Positions 20,229-30,903 are shown, numbered from the stretch's first letter. The stretch is DNA of 32,000 nucleotides from Thalassolituus hydrocarboniclasticus (GCF_025345565.1 NZ_CP054475.1:1300448-1332447); one strand, 5' to 3'. Numbers and translations are program-made. The notes: a model not told the origin generated them from the letters alone.

Positions 20229-21275
20229 TCAGTACTCCAGTTTCCAGCGCAGGGTTTCGCCGGCACGCAGCGGCACAATAACATCTTTGCCAAACGGCAG
20301 TTCGGCCGGCGCCTGCCAGTCTTGTTTGATCAGGGTAATTTCGTCGCTGTTACGCGCCAGACCGTAGAAGTCCGGGCCGTAATGGCTGGCAAAGCCTTCC
20401 AGCTTATCCAGCGCGCCGAGGTCTTCGAAGATTTCGGCATACAGCTCAATGGCGGCGTAGGCGGTAAAACAGCCGGCACAACCACAGGCGTTTTCTTTGG
20501 CGCCTTTGGCGTGTGGCGCACTGTCGGTGCCGAGGAAGAATTTGCTGTTGCCGCTGGCGACCACATCCTGCAGCGCCTGCTGGTGGATATTGCGCTTCAG
20601 AATCGGCAGGCAGTAGAAGTGCGGCTTAATTCCGCCAACCAGCATGTGGTTACGGTTGTAGGCCAGATGCTGCACGGTGATGGTGGCGGCAACGTTTTCG
20701 CCCTGGCTTTGTACAAACTCGGCAGCGTCTTTGGTGGTGATGTGCTCGACCACTACTTTCAGGGTTGGATGACGGCTGACCAGCGGTGCCAGAATGGTGT
20801 CGAGGAATTCTTTTTCGCGGTCAAAGATGTCGATGTGGTTCTGGGTGACTTCACCATGCACCAGCAGCGGCATGCCGTTTTCGGCCAGTGCAGCGGCGAT
20901 ATCATCGAGCTTGCCTAGATCGGTAACACCGGAAGCGGAGTTAGTGGTCGCTCCGGCCGGATACAGCTTAACGGCTACAATGTTACCGGCTGCCTTGGCT
21001 TCAGCAATCATTTCCGGGGTGGTATTGTCGGTTAAGTACAGCACCATCAGCGGGTTGAAGTTCAGGCCCTGCGGCACGCGCGACAGAATACGGTCGCGGT
21101 ATTCCAGCGCCTGTTCGGCATTCATTACCGGTGGCTGCAGGTTGGGCATGATGATGGCGCGGCCCATCACCCGGGCGGTGGCAGGCACTGTATGTTGCAG
21201 CACGGCGCCATCGCGTACGTGCAGGTGCCAGTCGTCGGGGCGGGTAATGGTCAAACGGTCAGTCATGCTCTTCAA
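20229..21275 (-). CDS. pyrC: Dihydroorotase
   Basis: [42 protein letters not shown]. The start may be the internal M at 21266. Confidence 0.97.
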   Translation of the reverse strand: MKSMTDRLTITRPDDWHLHVRDGAVLQHTVPATARVMGRAIIMPNLQPPVMNAEQALEYRDRILSRVPQGLNFNPLMVLYLTDNTTPEMIAEAKAAGNIVAVKLYPAGATTNSASGVTDLGKLDDIAAALAENGMPLLVHGEVTQNHIDIFDREKEFLDTILAPLVSRHPTLKVVVEHITTKDAAEFVQSQGENVAATITVQHLAYNRNHMLVGGIKPHFYCLPILKRNIHQQALQDVVASGNSKFFLGTDSAPHAKGAKENACGCAGCFTAYAAIELYAEIFEDLGALDKLEGFASHYGPDFYGLARNSDEITLIKQDWQAPAELPFGKDVIVPLRAGETLRWKLEY

Positions 21276-21325
21276 CCTTCAGCTAAAATTGATGGGGCAT
21301 TGTACCGAAAGCGGCCTTTAACCGC

Positions 21326-21352
21326 TTAATTTTTCTCGGAATTGGCCGATAA
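21326..21352 (+). promoter_or_regulatory. Sigma-28 (FliA)-like flagellar promoter upstream of motY
   Basis: TTAA-N15-GCCGATAA, compared with consensus TAAA-N15-GCCGATAA. Exact -10 element, 3/4 match at -35, exact spacing. Confidence 0.65.
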
Positions 21353-21387
21353 CTCACTAAAGCCCCGAATTTAACAGCCTCAACCGG

Positions 21388-22326
21388 ATGTCTATGCACA
21401 AACTAATAGCCTTAAGCTGCATGTTGCTCAGCGCTTTCTGCCAGGCGGATGCGGCGCTGGACTACGGCGGTGACATTGAAACCACCGACTGGTCGGTCAG
21501 TGGTTCGGTATTTGAGTGCCGTTTTGAGCAGACGCTGGCCGGTTATGGCCGCGCGGTGTTCTATCACGAGGCCGGCGAAGACGTTACCTTTCAGCTCGAA
21601 ACCCTGAAGAACCTGATGTCGTACAGTCAGGCACAGGTCAGTATTTTGCCGCCGCCCTGGCAGCCGGGGGCCAAAAGCGAAAATCTGGGTGTGGCGCGGA
21701 TTGTAAAAGACACGCCGAACCTGAGCCTGGATGCTACCCGCACCAATCAGTTTTTACATGCATTGCTGGAAGGTAAATGGCCGGCCATCAGCCATAAAAC
21801 CTATTACGACAAAAACCGCTTTGTAAAAGTGCATCTGTCGGCGGTGTCGTTCCCGCAGTTTTATCAGGATTATCTGGAGTGTGTGAAGCAGCTGTTACCG
21901 GTAAATTACCGGCAGGTGGCACGCTCGAAGGTGCTGTTTGCCAGTGGTGAAGATCAGATTGACGCCACCGATATCAAAGTGCTCGATCGCATTATTTTCT
22001 ATATCAAAAACGATCCGCGCATTTTTGCGGTGTATCTGGATGGCCATTCCGACAACATTGGCCGCCGTTACGATAACCGCCAGACCTCGAAGGCACGGGT
22101 TGAAGATGTGGAGCGTTACTTTATCAAGCAGGGCATCGATCCTGAGATGGTGACCACCCGTTTTCATGGTGACCGTTATCCGGTTGCCAGCAATAAAACC
22201 GCCGCCGGACGCGCCGAAAACCGCCGTGTGACCATCCGCATCGAACAGCGGGAAGATATGCCGATACCGGATAATCTGCTGTTTAAGCCTAAAGTCCGCA
22301 CCCAGACCACCGCCAGCGGCGACTGA
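21388..22326 (+). CDS. motY: Sodium-type flagellar stator protein MotY, OmpA-family C-terminus
   Basis: Signal peptide; OmpA-like motif [36 protein letters not shown]; located between argG and pyrC. Confidence 0.85.
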   Translation: MSMHKLIALSCMLLSAFCQADAALDYGGDIETTDWSVSGSVFECRFEQTLAGYGRAVFYHEAGEDVTFQLETLKNLMSYSQAQVSILPPPWQPGAKSENLGVARIVKDTPNLSLDATRTNQFLHALLEGKWPAISHKTYYDKNRFVKVHLSAVSFPQFYQDYLECVKQLLPVNYRQVARSKVLFASGEDQIDATDIKVLDRIIFYIKNDPRIFAVYLDGHSDNIGRRYDNRQTSKARVEDVERYFIKQGIDPEMVTTRFHGDRYPVASNKTAAGRAENRRVTIRIEQREDMPIPDNLLFKPKVRTQTTASGD

Positions 22327-22486
22327 TACCCGCCGCGCTTTCTTTACTGCTCTTTTTTTGTCCTTTGGGTACGCCTGTTGGCTATCCCGTGCACAATCAG
22401 TACAATACCGCCCCTTTCATTATTGCTATCCGCCGGAGCGGGCTGTTTGCCCCCTGTGCGGCCAATCATCATCCTGGAGAATACCC

Positions 22487-23707
22487 ATGTCAGACATCAA
22501 GAAAGTGGTGCTGGCCTATTCAGGTGGTCTGGATACGTCCGTGATCGCCAAATGGCTGCAAGAAGAATACAAATGTGAAGTCGTAACCTTTACTGCTGAC
22601 CTGGGCCAGGGCGAAGAAGTTGAACCAGCGCGCGCTAAAGCAGAAGCACTGGGCATCAAAGAAATCTTTATCGATGACCTGCGTGAAGAGTTTGCCCGTG
22701 ACTTCGTATTCCCGATGTTCCGCGCCAACACCATTTACGAAGGCGAATACCTGCTGGGCACCTCGATTGCCCGTCCGCTGATCGCCAAGCGTCTGATTGA
22801 AATTGCCAACGCTACCGGCGCTGATGCCATTGCTCACGGTGCGACCGGTAAAGGTAACGACCAGGTGCGTTTCGAACTGGGTGCCTACGCCCTGAAGCCA
22901 GGCGTAAAAGTAATTGCTCCATGGCGTGAATGGGATCTGACCTCCCGTGAAACCCTGATGGCGTACTGCGACAAGCACGACATTAAAGTTGAGAAAAAAG
23001 CCGGTAAGAAATCTCCGTATTCTATGGACGCGAACCTGCTGCACATCTCTTACGAAGGCGACATCCTGGAAGACCCATGGAATGAGCCGGAAGAAGATAT
23101 GTGGCTGTGGTCTGTGTCTCCGGAAAATGCTCCGGACGAAGCGGCTTACATCACCATCAGCTTCAAAAACGGTGACCCGGTTGCCATCGATGGCGTGGAA
23201 AAATCTCCGGCCACCATTATGGAAGAGCTGAACAAGCTGGCCGGTGCTCACGGCGTGGGTCGTGTGGATATCGTAGAAAACCGTTACGTTGGCATGAAAG
23301 CCCGTGGCTGTTACGAAACTCCGGCCGGTACTGTACTGCTGAAAGCACACCGTGCGATCGAATCCATCACTCTGGATCGTGAAGCGGCGCACCTGAAAGA
23401 CGAACTGATGCCACGTTACGCCAAGCTGATCTACAACGGTTACTGGTGGAGCCCGGAGCGCAAAATGCTGCAGGCGGCTATCGACGAAACCCAGAAAGTT
23501 GTTAACGGCGATGTGCGCGTAAAACTGTATAAAGGCAACGTGATTGTGGTTGGCCGTCGTTCAGAAGATACTCTGTTCGATGAGAAAATCGCCACTTTCG
23601 AAGACGATGCAGGTGCTTACGACCAGAAAGATGCGGCCGGCTTTATTAAGCTGAACGCTCTGCGTCTGCGCACTGCTGCGAAAAAAGGCCGCAGCTTCCT
23701 GGATTAA
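22487..23707 (+). CDS. argG: Argininosuccinate synthase
   Basis: [18 protein letters not shown] and full-length family match. Start placed at MSDIKK (22487). Confidence 0.98.
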   Translation: MSDIKKVVLAYSGGLDTSVIAKWLQEEYKCEVVTFTADLGQGEEVEPARAKAEALGIKEIFIDDLREEFARDFVFPMFRANTIYEGEYLLGTSIARPLIAKRLIEIANATGADAIAHGATGKGNDQVRFELGAYALKPGVKVIAPWREWDLTSRETLMAYCDKHDIKVEKKAGKKSPYSMDANLLHISYEGDILEDPWNEPEEDMWLWSVSPENAPDEAAYITISFKNGDPVAIDGVEKSPATIMEELNKLAGAHGVGRVDIVENRYVGMKARGCYETPAGTVLLKAHRAIESITLDREAAHLKDELMPRYAKLIYNGYWWSPERKMLQAAIDETQKVVNGDVRVKLYKGNVIVVGRRSEDTLFDEKIATFEDDAGAYDQKDAAGFIKLNALRLRTAAKKGRSFLD

Positions 23708-23732
23708 TTCCGGCGCTGTTGTTTTTCGCACA

Positions 23733-23761
23733 AAAAGAACCCGCTACGGCGGGTTTTTTTA
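23733..23761 (+). terminator. Rho-independent terminator after argG
   Basis: aaaaagaacccgctacggcgggttttttt. Confidence 0.85.
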
Positions 23762-23902
23762 TACCTGTTTCAGAACCGCCCGGCCTGTTGCTGGCGATTT
23801 TATGTGGTAATAAATCCCTTGTTTGCTGACGATCAGGCTGATAGGTTTGTTTTTAGCGTGGTGTCTTATTGATGATGGCGCTGCATGTCATGAAATGGCT
23901 GT

Positions 23903-24118
23903 TTGTTAAGGATAACAATGTCGGTATTTTTCAGCGGGATAGCACAGTTACGGCCGTCTTTTTTTCTGCCGGGTATTTATAATTTTCTGCAGCGGATATT
24001 TCTGGCGCTGATGCTGTTGTGGCTGAGTGGCTGCACCGCCAATGTGTATTTTCACCCGCCGGAAGACATCTACTTGGTGCAACCGGAGGTGAGGCTGAAA
24101 CAGGATCGTCAGCCCTAA
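23903..24118 (+). CDS. Putative small lipoprotein
   Basis: 71 aa with a lipobox-like LLWLSGCTANVYF. The true start could be internal. Confidence 0.35.
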   Translation: MLRITMSVFFSGIAQLRPSFFLPGIYNFLQRIFLALMLLWLSGCTANVYFHPPEDIYLVQPEVRLKQDRQP

Positions 24119-25191
24119 TCACGGGATGGGCTGATACGACCCAGATAACGGGGATGATGAATCAGCCAGCCACCAATAAGACCAATCAGACTACCCAGTA
24201 AAATATCACTGAAGCGTGCCAGCATCAGCGTACTCAGTGGACTTTGCAATGCGGTAACTTCGGCAAAAAGCAGTGTTAGTGGTGTAATAAATAACATGGC
24301 AATGCCGTAATTACGCACTACCAGAACCTCAATCGCAAAACTCAGCAAACCAATAATCAGCACCAGCATCCAACTGTTGGGCTGCAGGGCAAAAATCAGC
24401 CAGGCGATACCTAATCCCAGTGCGGTGCCGACGACGCGGTGTATTTTCCGCTGCCATACCAAACGAAAGCTGGCACCCTGCATAATCGCGGCGCAGGAGA
24501 TGGGCACCCAGTACGGATTATGTAATTGCAGTGCGCTGGCTAATAACGATGCCGCCGCGACAAAAACAGCAATAAGGCTGGCTTCGGCCAGTATCTGACG
24601 GGCCGGAGTTGTGTTGCGGGTTGGTGCTGTTGTTTCTGCTGGCAGCAGCAGGCTGTACAGCAGGGCCAGTATGCAGGCGCCTGCACTGCCAAGGCCAACG
24701 AACATCAGCCTTTGTGGAATCTGTTCCGGTTCATGGGGCAGGACGCTTGCCAGTGCGGCAACCAGAATAAAAAAGAAACTGCCCGGCGGTGGCATATTCA
24801 GGCGGCGTGTTACATAAGTACTGACGGTGGTGATGATCAACAGCATCAGGGCGGCGCTCAGGGGGCCTGCACTGCCGAGGCTGGCAAGCAGAAAACTGAG
24901 CTGGAAGCCAAGTGTGCAGGCCAGCAGAGTCAGTAAACGCCGGCGTAATCCGGCGGCGGGTAAGTACAGAATAACCAGCGCACCAACACAGCCGAGAATG
25001 CCGGATTTTATATCGCCATACAGTACACCGGCTAATGCCGGCAGTGCCGAACAGCACGCCACCAGTAAGGGTAAATGCCACGGCCGGGTGGTCGGATTAA
25101 GGTGCAGCAGGGCACGTATTTCCTGTTTTATGATGGGCCAGCGCGAGGAAGGCTGTGGCGAGGGCGGCATAGATTCAACCTGAGCATGCAA
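24115..25191 (-). CDS. FUSC-family membrane protein / aromatic acid exporter-like
   Basis: Repeated TM segments in two halves; HNPYWVPISCAAIMQGASFRLVWQRKIHRVVGTALG motif. Confidence 0.85.
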   Translation of the reverse strand: MHAQVESMPPSPQPSSRWPIIKQEIRALLHLNPTTRPWHLPLLVACCSALPALAGVLYGDIKSGILGCVGALVILYLPAAGLRRRLLTLLACTLGFQLSFLLASLGSAGPLSAALMLLIITTVSTYVTRRLNMPPPGSFFFILVAALASVLPHEPEQIPQRLMFVGLGSAGACILALLYSLLLPAETTAPTRNTTPARQILAEASLIAVFVAAASLLASALQLHNPYWVPISCAAIMQGASFRLVWQRKIHRVVGTALGLGIAWLIFALQPNSWMLVLIIGLLSFAIEVLVVRNYGIAMLFITPLTLLFAEVTALQSPLSTLMLARFSDILLGSLIGLIGGWLIHHPRYLGRISPSRD

Positions 25192-25234
25192 AGGTCTATG
25201 ATACGGCGATGAGTTATTGGCTTACAGAGGTTTT

Positions 25235-25513
25235 ATGTCGTCTTCAGTGGACAATCATGCCAGCGTTCCGAATGCTGAAAAGTCTTCAGGTGCTGGTGAT
25301 GAACAGTGTTGTCCGTTATGCGGTGGACAAAACCAGTGTGCGGTTGCTGCAGGTACCGAGCCGTCGGCTTGCTGGTGTTTCAGCAGCGGGGTGAGTATCC
25401 GTGAATTGCTGCGTCAGCGGCCGGATCTGGAGGAGCATTACTCCAGACAAACATCCTGCATCTGTTCGGCCTGCGTTTCCCGGCTTATGTCGGAGCAGGC
25501 GTGTATACCATAA
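25235..25513 (+). CDS. Cysteine-rich CWC-family small protein
   Basis: CCPLCGGQNQCAVAAGTEPSACWCFSSGVS...SCICSACV. Start placed at MSSSVDN. Confidence 0.75.
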   Translation: MSSSVDNHASVPNAEKSSGAGDEQCCPLCGGQNQCAVAAGTEPSACWCFSSGVSIRELLRQRPDLEEHYSRQTSCICSACVSRLMSEQACIP

Positions 25514-26313
25514 GGGCGGAACAGCTCCAGCAGTTTACCGTTGCTTTTTAACTCATCCATAAAGCGATTAATTTCCTGCGTGCCGGGATTAAAGCCGGGG
25601 CGGATTAAAGCGGAATGCTGATAACGCTGGTCGTAGCGTTCGGATATCAGGAATTCATCACGGGCCTGTGGATTTTCGTTAAAAAAACGATGCAGAAATG
25701 CTTTGCTCATCACGGCAATATCACCGTGGCGCTCTCGCAGTAATGACAGATTTTTTTCGTTGGTCCAGGACAGAATCATCTGAAAATTCTGCCGCAGAAA
25801 CTGCTCGTCGGCATTAAAACCGGCGAAGCCGTAATGAAAACCAAGGATGCCAATCATGCGTTTGTTGCTGAGATCGTCAAAGTACTGCTGATCGCGGTTT
25901 TTCTCTGCCAGTGCAACATAGACTTCGCCATCGGTCTGATAGGGACGGGAAATTTCGACCGGAATCCCCTGCCAGCCCCAGGCCGGATTCTCAAAAAAGA
26001 TAATGTCGTAATCGCCCATGACAAAGGCCTGATAACGGCGCTTGGGCGAAATGGGTACAGGCACAAACCTATACTGTTGCTGGTGCGCGTTCAGCAAATC
26101 AATCAGGCTGATGGCAATGCCATAGTATTCGCCTTCTTCGTTTTGTTCGACGTAAGGCGGATACGGGTAGATCCCCACTTTAACCTGAGCTTCCGGCTGT
26201 GCTGAGGCAAGCAGCTGCGGAGACAGTAAACACAGGGCCAGCCAAAGCATGATGCGGCGGCTGGCACTGATCTGTCGGAAGGGGGATGTTACTTTGTAAG
26301 ATTGCTTAACCAA
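25438..26313 (-). CDS. Extracellular solute-binding protein family 3-like (transporter substrate-binding domain)
   Basis: Signal peptide; VKVGIYPYPPYVEQNEEGEYYGIAISLIDLL; GILGFHYGFAGF. Confidence 0.75.
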   Translation of the reverse strand: MVKQSYKVTSPFRQISASRRIMLWLALCLLSPQLLASAQPEAQVKVGIYPYPPYVEQNEEGEYYGIAISLIDLLNAHQQQYRFVPVPISPKRRYQAFVMGDYDIIFFENPAWGWQGIPVEISRPYQTDGEVYVALAEKNRDQQYFDDLSNKRMIGILGFHYGFAGFNADEQFLRQNFQMILSWTNEKNLSLLRERHGDIAVMSKAFLHRFFNENPQARDEFLISERYDQRYQHSALIRPGFNPGTQEINRFMDELKSNGKLLELFRPYGIHACSDISRETQAEQMQDVCLE

Positions 26314-26512
26314 GTCCTTGGCCTCTTTTGTATAAGCATTGTATACAGAGTAGTCCTGTGTCCTGAGCTTGAAAAGATTTTACTCATCAGGCTCCGGAGC
26401 TGTTCACACTAATTTAACGGGCCCGGCTTGGGGGCGGCTCTGAGCGCTGTTATAGTCCGGCCTCATTGTTGCAACTTATTGCTCAGATTCCTTGTTCTGA
26501 TGCCTACGCAGG

Positions 26513-27070
26513 ATGCCTGGTATGACCGACTCATCTCCGCAGACGCTTTATCCACATGCCGATCAGGCGGCGGAATTACCGTCGACCCTCAGGTTGATTG
26601 ACAGTTTGCGCCTTAATGCCCAGCTGGGTAAGAACAGCCACTTTTACGCCTCGCTGAAGCGCCGTAACCTGCACATTCTCTGTGGTGTCCCGGTGGTGAT
26701 TATTAACCTGATTCTGGGGTCGGTATTTTTTGCTCTGTTGCAGGCGGAGTTACCGGACTGGGGCAAATGGCTCAGTGCTGGTCTGGCATTACTGGCAGCC
26801 GCTCTGGGTGGTGTGCAGACCTTTTTTGATTTTAAGAAAAACTGTGCCGGTCATCGCGAAGTTGGTAACGATTATCTGGAGCTGGCGCGTGAGTGTGAGC
26901 GCCTGCTGGCACTGTACGATGATGAGCTGATGAATCTGCAGCAGCTGGCGGTGGAGCTGCGCCGGCTGAATAAGGAATACGCCGAGATTAACGAACGGGC
27001 CGAGATGTTTATTGTGTCACCGCGTGAGTATGAATACGCCCGTCAGCGCTTACAGGCACGGACACAATAG
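26513..27070 (+). CDS. SLATT-domain-like two-TM protein
   Basis: N-terminal LRLNAQLGKNSHFYASLKRRNLHI, two TM segments, then FFDFKKNCAGHREVGNDYLELARECER. Confidence 0.6.
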   Translation: MPGMTDSSPQTLYPHADQAAELPSTLRLIDSLRLNAQLGKNSHFYASLKRRNLHILCGVPVVIINLILGSVFFALLQAELPDWGKWLSAGLALLAAALGGVQTFFDFKKNCAGHREVGNDYLELARECERLLALYDDELMNLQQLAVELRRLNKEYAEINERAEMFIVSPREYEYARQRLQARTQ

Positions 27071-27137
27071 CGCGGAGCCATCCCGGCAGCTGCTCTGCTG
27101 CCGGAGTCTGAAACTACATAATAATAAGGACGACAGC

Positions 27138-28616
27138 ATGCCAACCGATTGGGCTTATCAGAGTGCCACCCGCTTACTGGCGGCAATGGCCGCCGGACAG
27201 TTAAGCAGCCGCGACTTGCTCGAATATTACCGCCAGCGGATTGAACGCCATAACCCGCAGCTTAATGCGGTGGTGGCTACCGCGTTTGATGCCGCGTTCC
27301 GCCGCGCCGATGAGGCCGACAATGCGCGCCGTGAAGGTGTGTCCTGGGGACCGCTGCACGGTCTGCCGATCACCATTAAAGATACCTTCGAAGTGCAGGG
27401 GATGCCCTGTGTGGCCGGCGCACCGGCACTGGCTGGACACCGGCCGGGCAGTAATGCCTTTGCGGTGCAGCGCCTGCTGGATGCCGGCGCCATTATTTTC
27501 GGTAAAACCAATGTGCCGCTCTATGCCGGCGATATTCAGAGCTACAACAAGGTGTACGGCTCGACCAATAATCCCTGGGATAAAAGCCGCACGCCGGGTG
27601 GCTCGTCCGGCGGTGCCGCCGCAGCACTGGCCGCGGGCTTTACCGCACTGGAGCTGGGCTCGGATATCGGTGGCTCGATCCGTACACCGGCACACTTCTG
27701 TGGTGTGTTCGGTCATAAAGTGACCTACGGCATTGTCTCCAGTCGTGGCCATATTCCGGGGCCGCCGGGCATGCTGAGTGAACCGGATCTGGCGGTTCCC
27801 GGTCCGCTGGCGCGCAGTGCCGAAGATCTGGATCTGGCACTGCAGGTGGTGGCCGCCCCCGGCCCTCTGATGTCGGAGCACTGGTCACTCACATTGCCGG
27901 CACCACGGGCAACGCAACTGCAGGATTGTCGCGTGTTGCTGTGGCTGGATGATCCGCTCTGTCCGCTGGATGAAACCCTGAAGCCGGTGTATGACGGCCT
28001 GTATCAGCAGCTGCAGCAAGCGGGCGCGAAAGTGACGTACGGCGCTCCTGAAGGAATCTCACTGAGCCGCTTCTTTCCGGTGTATATGAGCCTGCTGGGC
28101 TCGGTGCTGGGCTCCGGCATGAAGCCCGGCCAGCGGCGCATGATGCGCCTGATGGGCGGCATGGCCAAACGTTTTGGCCGCTGGCTGAAAAGCGGCGCTT
28201 ATGGTGATGAGTTTTTGCTGGGTATGGGCCAGAGCCATGCCGACTGGGTAAGACGCAGTGAAGAGCGTCATCGCCTGACCGACTCTTTCAGCAAGCTGTT
28301 TGACGACTACGATGTGGTGCTGACGCCGGTGGCGATGACGGCGGCTTTCCGCCATTTACAGGATGTCCCGATTCAGGTGCGCAAACTGGATGTGAATGGT
28401 GAACGGCGTAACTACTCCGATATGTTTATGTGGATTGCACCGGCCACCCTGATGGGGCTGCCCGCGACCAGCGCTCCGATCGGTCAGACCGCCGCTGGTC
28501 TGCCGGTTGGTATTCAGATTCTGGGGCGCCGCTACGATGACCGTACGACCATTGAGTTTGCGCGGCTGCTGGAACAGGCCGGTATGAAGTTCCGTGCACC
28601 GCCGGGGCTGAGCTGA
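27138..28616 (+). CDS. Amidase (amidase signature family)
   Basis: GLPITIKDTFEVQG, GGSSGGAAAALAAGFTALELGSDIGGSIRTPAHFCGVFGHK. Start placed at MPTDWAY (27138). Confidence 0.93.
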   Translation: MPTDWAYQSATRLLAAMAAGQLSSRDLLEYYRQRIERHNPQLNAVVATAFDAAFRRADEADNARREGVSWGPLHGLPITIKDTFEVQGMPCVAGAPALAGHRPGSNAFAVQRLLDAGAIIFGKTNVPLYAGDIQSYNKVYGSTNNPWDKSRTPGGSSGGAAAALAAGFTALELGSDIGGSIRTPAHFCGVFGHKVTYGIVSSRGHIPGPPGMLSEPDLAVPGPLARSAEDLDLALQVVAAPGPLMSEHWSLTLPAPRATQLQDCRVLLWLDDPLCPLDETLKPVYDGLYQQLQQAGAKVTYGAPEGISLSRFFPVYMSLLGSVLGSGMKPGQRRMMRLMGGMAKRFGRWLKSGAYGDEFLLGMGQSHADWVRRSEERHRLTDSFSKLFDDYDVVLTPVAMTAAFRHLQDVPIQVRKLDVNGERRNYSDMFMWIAPATLMGLPATSAPIGQTAAGLPVGIQILGRRYDDRTTIEFARLLEQAGMKFRAPPGLS

Positions 28617-29411
28617 ATGCCGACAGGAGAGGACGGTGGCCTGCTGACGACGCTCTTTGCCGGTTTGTCCGGGACTGCGCTGCTGATATTGCTGTTATGC
28701 AGCTTTCTCGGCTCATTGCTGACGGCGGCACTGGGTGTTGGTGGCGGAGCATTTCTGATTACGGTAATGGCCGGTATTGTGCCACCGCTGGCACTGATTC
28801 CGCTGCATGGCATGGTGCAGCTGGGTTCTAACGGTTCCCGCGCCTGGCTGGCGCGGCGGCATACGCAATGGCCTAAGGTCGGTTGGTTTTCAGCCGGTGC
28901 TTTACTGGCCGTGGTGTTATCTGTACTGGCTCTGCACTGGCTGAGCGGACGCATGGACCCTGGTGTTATCCCGCTGTTTATCGCTCTGTTTATTCTCTGG
29001 CTGAGCTGGGGAAAAGTGCCGCCGGTTGGGCTGGGGGAGCATCCTCTGGGGCTGTTTACAGGAGGCTGGCTGACGACGCTGGCGACCATGCTGGTCGGTG
29101 CTACAGGGCCTTTGGTGTCGGCCTGGCTGGGGCGCAGCGCTGCTGACCGCTGGCAGTACACGGCCAATTTTTCCACCTGCATGAGCGTGCAGCATTTATT
29201 AAAAATCGTGGTCTTTGGCTTTGCCGGATTCGCCTTCAGCCAGTGGCTGCCATTACTGCTGCTGATGGTGCTGGCCGGTTATCTGGGTACCCGTGCCGGT
29301 CTGAAACTGATGGGCAGGATTCCGGAAGCGCTGTTCCGCACCTTGTTCCGTTGGCTGCTGACGCTGTTGGCGTTAAGGCTGATCTGGCAATTCCTGAGTG
29401 CCGGCTGGTAA
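28617..29411 (+). CDS. Sulfite exporter TauE/SafE (TSUP) family permease
   Basis: FLGSLLTAALGVGGGAFLITVM signature and repeated TM segments. Start immediately follows the amidase stop. Confidence 0.85.
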   Translation: MPTGEDGGLLTTLFAGLSGTALLILLLCSFLGSLLTAALGVGGGAFLITVMAGIVPPLALIPLHGMVQLGSNGSRAWLARRHTQWPKVGWFSAGALLAVVLSVLALHWLSGRMDPGVIPLFIALFILWLSWGKVPPVGLGEHPLGLFTGGWLTTLATMLVGATGPLVSAWLGRSAADRWQYTANFSTCMSVQHLLKIVVFGFAGFAFSQWLPLLLLMVLAGYLGTRAGLKLMGRIPEALFRTLFRWLLTLLALRLIWQFLSAGW

Positions 29412-29489
29412 TTTCACCTTTCGGGGTGAAGATCCTGACAGGCAGTCCTGATTAACTTCCGCGGATACACGGAACTATCAGGATGACTT

Positions 29490-30737
29490 ATGTTAACGAA
29501 TAAACTCCCTCTTGCTGTTTTACTCGCCGGCGTCTCAACGGTTGCACTGACCGGTTGCGGTGGTGGCAGCTCCTCAGGCGGTAATGGTTCGTCACAGAAC
29601 ACCACGTATACCGATACGGGCTGGTCTGTCGGCAGTGACGAACTGGTGGGGCTGACCTATCCGCAAGGTGCAGAGGATGGCCCGCTGGTGGCGCTGAAGC
29701 GTTCCACGGCAAGTGATAACCGTGTGACTCATACTCTGATGCTGGCAGATAGCACCACGAAAGAATTCACGCCGGTTGATGGTCTGACCCTGGCCAGCAA
29801 TTATTACCGTGATGTGCTGGCGCTGCCGGTATCCGGTACTGTTGACGGCACCGACGTCAGCACCGTACTGGTCGCGACCTGTGGCTACGCAGAAGCTTCA
29901 CTGCTGGAGGGTGGTACAGCGCCTGGTAGCGGTGCATCAGCAATGGCGGTAGCTCCGGCTGCTGCACCGGCTACGCTGGAAATCTATCTGCCAGGCCTGA
30001 ATGTGACCCACAGTGCAGATTTTGATGATGTGGGTGAAGTACTCATCGATTGCCATTCTATGGGTGGGCTGCAGGTGTTTGATACTGCGTCAAAAGGTGG
30101 CTCTTCTTACAACGTTACTTTCTATGTGTCCGGCCAGAAAGCCGATGGTGGTTTCGGACTGTTTGAAGTTACTGTGGATTATGACTATACGCAGAATGCG
30201 ATCACAAACGCAGAAATCTATGAGGCATCCTCCCTGGGCTTTTTCTTCTCGGCTGTCGAAGCTGATCCTGAGGATGACTATTTTGTAGCCCTCAGTGCCG
30301 AGGGTGATACGTACCTGTTGGATGATCTTGTAACACGAACCCCTGTCTTATCAGCAGATGGTAATCCATTTACCGCAGATACCAGTGAAGGTGCGATTAT
30401 TCTGGATCTTGCATTCAGCGGCGATAATTTACTGGCCGTTTCAGCGGATTCGGGTCTGCTTGGTGCGGATTTCACTGGCGAAGCTTATACGCTGCTGAGC
30501 GGCGGTGATTTCACCCGCTGTGTTGATCAGCTGGCCGTAAATGGAACGACCTTGTGGTGTCACGATTCGACGGATGAAGGTAAGCTGATAGAATTCACAG
30601 CACCAGATGTACCGCAGTCGCAAGCACCAGTAGTCGTTGCCGTCAGTCAGCGCTTTGTAAGTAAAGCGAGCAAAGAAGAAGCTGAGCAGATCAAGGCAGA
30701 ACTGGAAGGCGCAGGTGCGGAAGTTGAAGTTAAATAA
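29490..30737 (+). CDS. Hypothetical Gly/Ser-rich lipoprotein
   Basis: Lipobox STVALTGCGGGSSSGGNGSS; 415 aa with a repetitive beta-rich body; followed by a terminator. Confidence 0.65.
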   Translation: MLTNKLPLAVLLAGVSTVALTGCGGGSSSGGNGSSQNTTYTDTGWSVGSDELVGLTYPQGAEDGPLVALKRSTASDNRVTHTLMLADSTTKEFTPVDGLTLASNYYRDVLALPVSGTVDGTDVSTVLVATCGYAEASLLEGGTAPGSGASAMAVAPAAAPATLEIYLPGLNVTHSADFDDVGEVLIDCHSMGGLQVFDTASKGGSSYNVTFYVSGQKADGGFGLFEVTVDYDYTQNAITNAEIYEASSLGFFFSAVEADPEDDYFVALSAEGDTYLLDDLVTRTPVLSADGNPFTADTSEGAIILDLAFSGDNLLAVSADSGLLGADFTGEAYTLLSGGDFTRCVDQLAVNGTTLWCHDSTDEGKLIEFTAPDVPQSQAPVVVAVSQRFVSKASKEEAEQIKAELEGAGAEVEVK

Positions 30738-30758
30738 TTAACTCTTTGTCCCAGGTTT

Positions 30759-30785
30759 AAAAGCCCGGTTATACCGGGCTTTTAA
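30759..30785 (+). terminator. Rho-independent terminator
   Basis: aaaagcccggttataccgggcttttaa. Confidence 0.85.
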
Positions 30786-30843
30786 GTTTGTATAGTGCCG
30801 TACAGGCAAGTGATACCGGCCCCTTTTCACAGGGAGCTGTCAT

Positions 30844-30903
30844 ACAGAGCACTATCGCACAGAGCACTATCGCACAGAGCACTATCGCACAGAGCACTAT
30901 CTG
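30844..30903. repeat. 15-bp tandem repeat ACAGAGCACTATCGC, three perfect copies plus one degenerate copy
   Basis: 30844-30858, 30859-30873, 30874-30888, and partial 30889-30903. Confidence 0.95.

Noticed and set aside
19558-20918. Plus-strand ORFs 19558-20172 and 20190-20918
   Set aside because: Antisense shadows of rnt and pyrC, which have clear family motifs.
22520-23392. 290-aa minus-strand ORF
   Set aside because: Lies entirely antisense within argG; a shadow ORF with no recognisable domain.
27201-29182. Minus-strand ORFs inside the amidase/TSUP region (27201-27881, 28532-29182)
   Set aside because: Antisense to strongly supported genes; low-complexity translations typical of GC-rich shadows.
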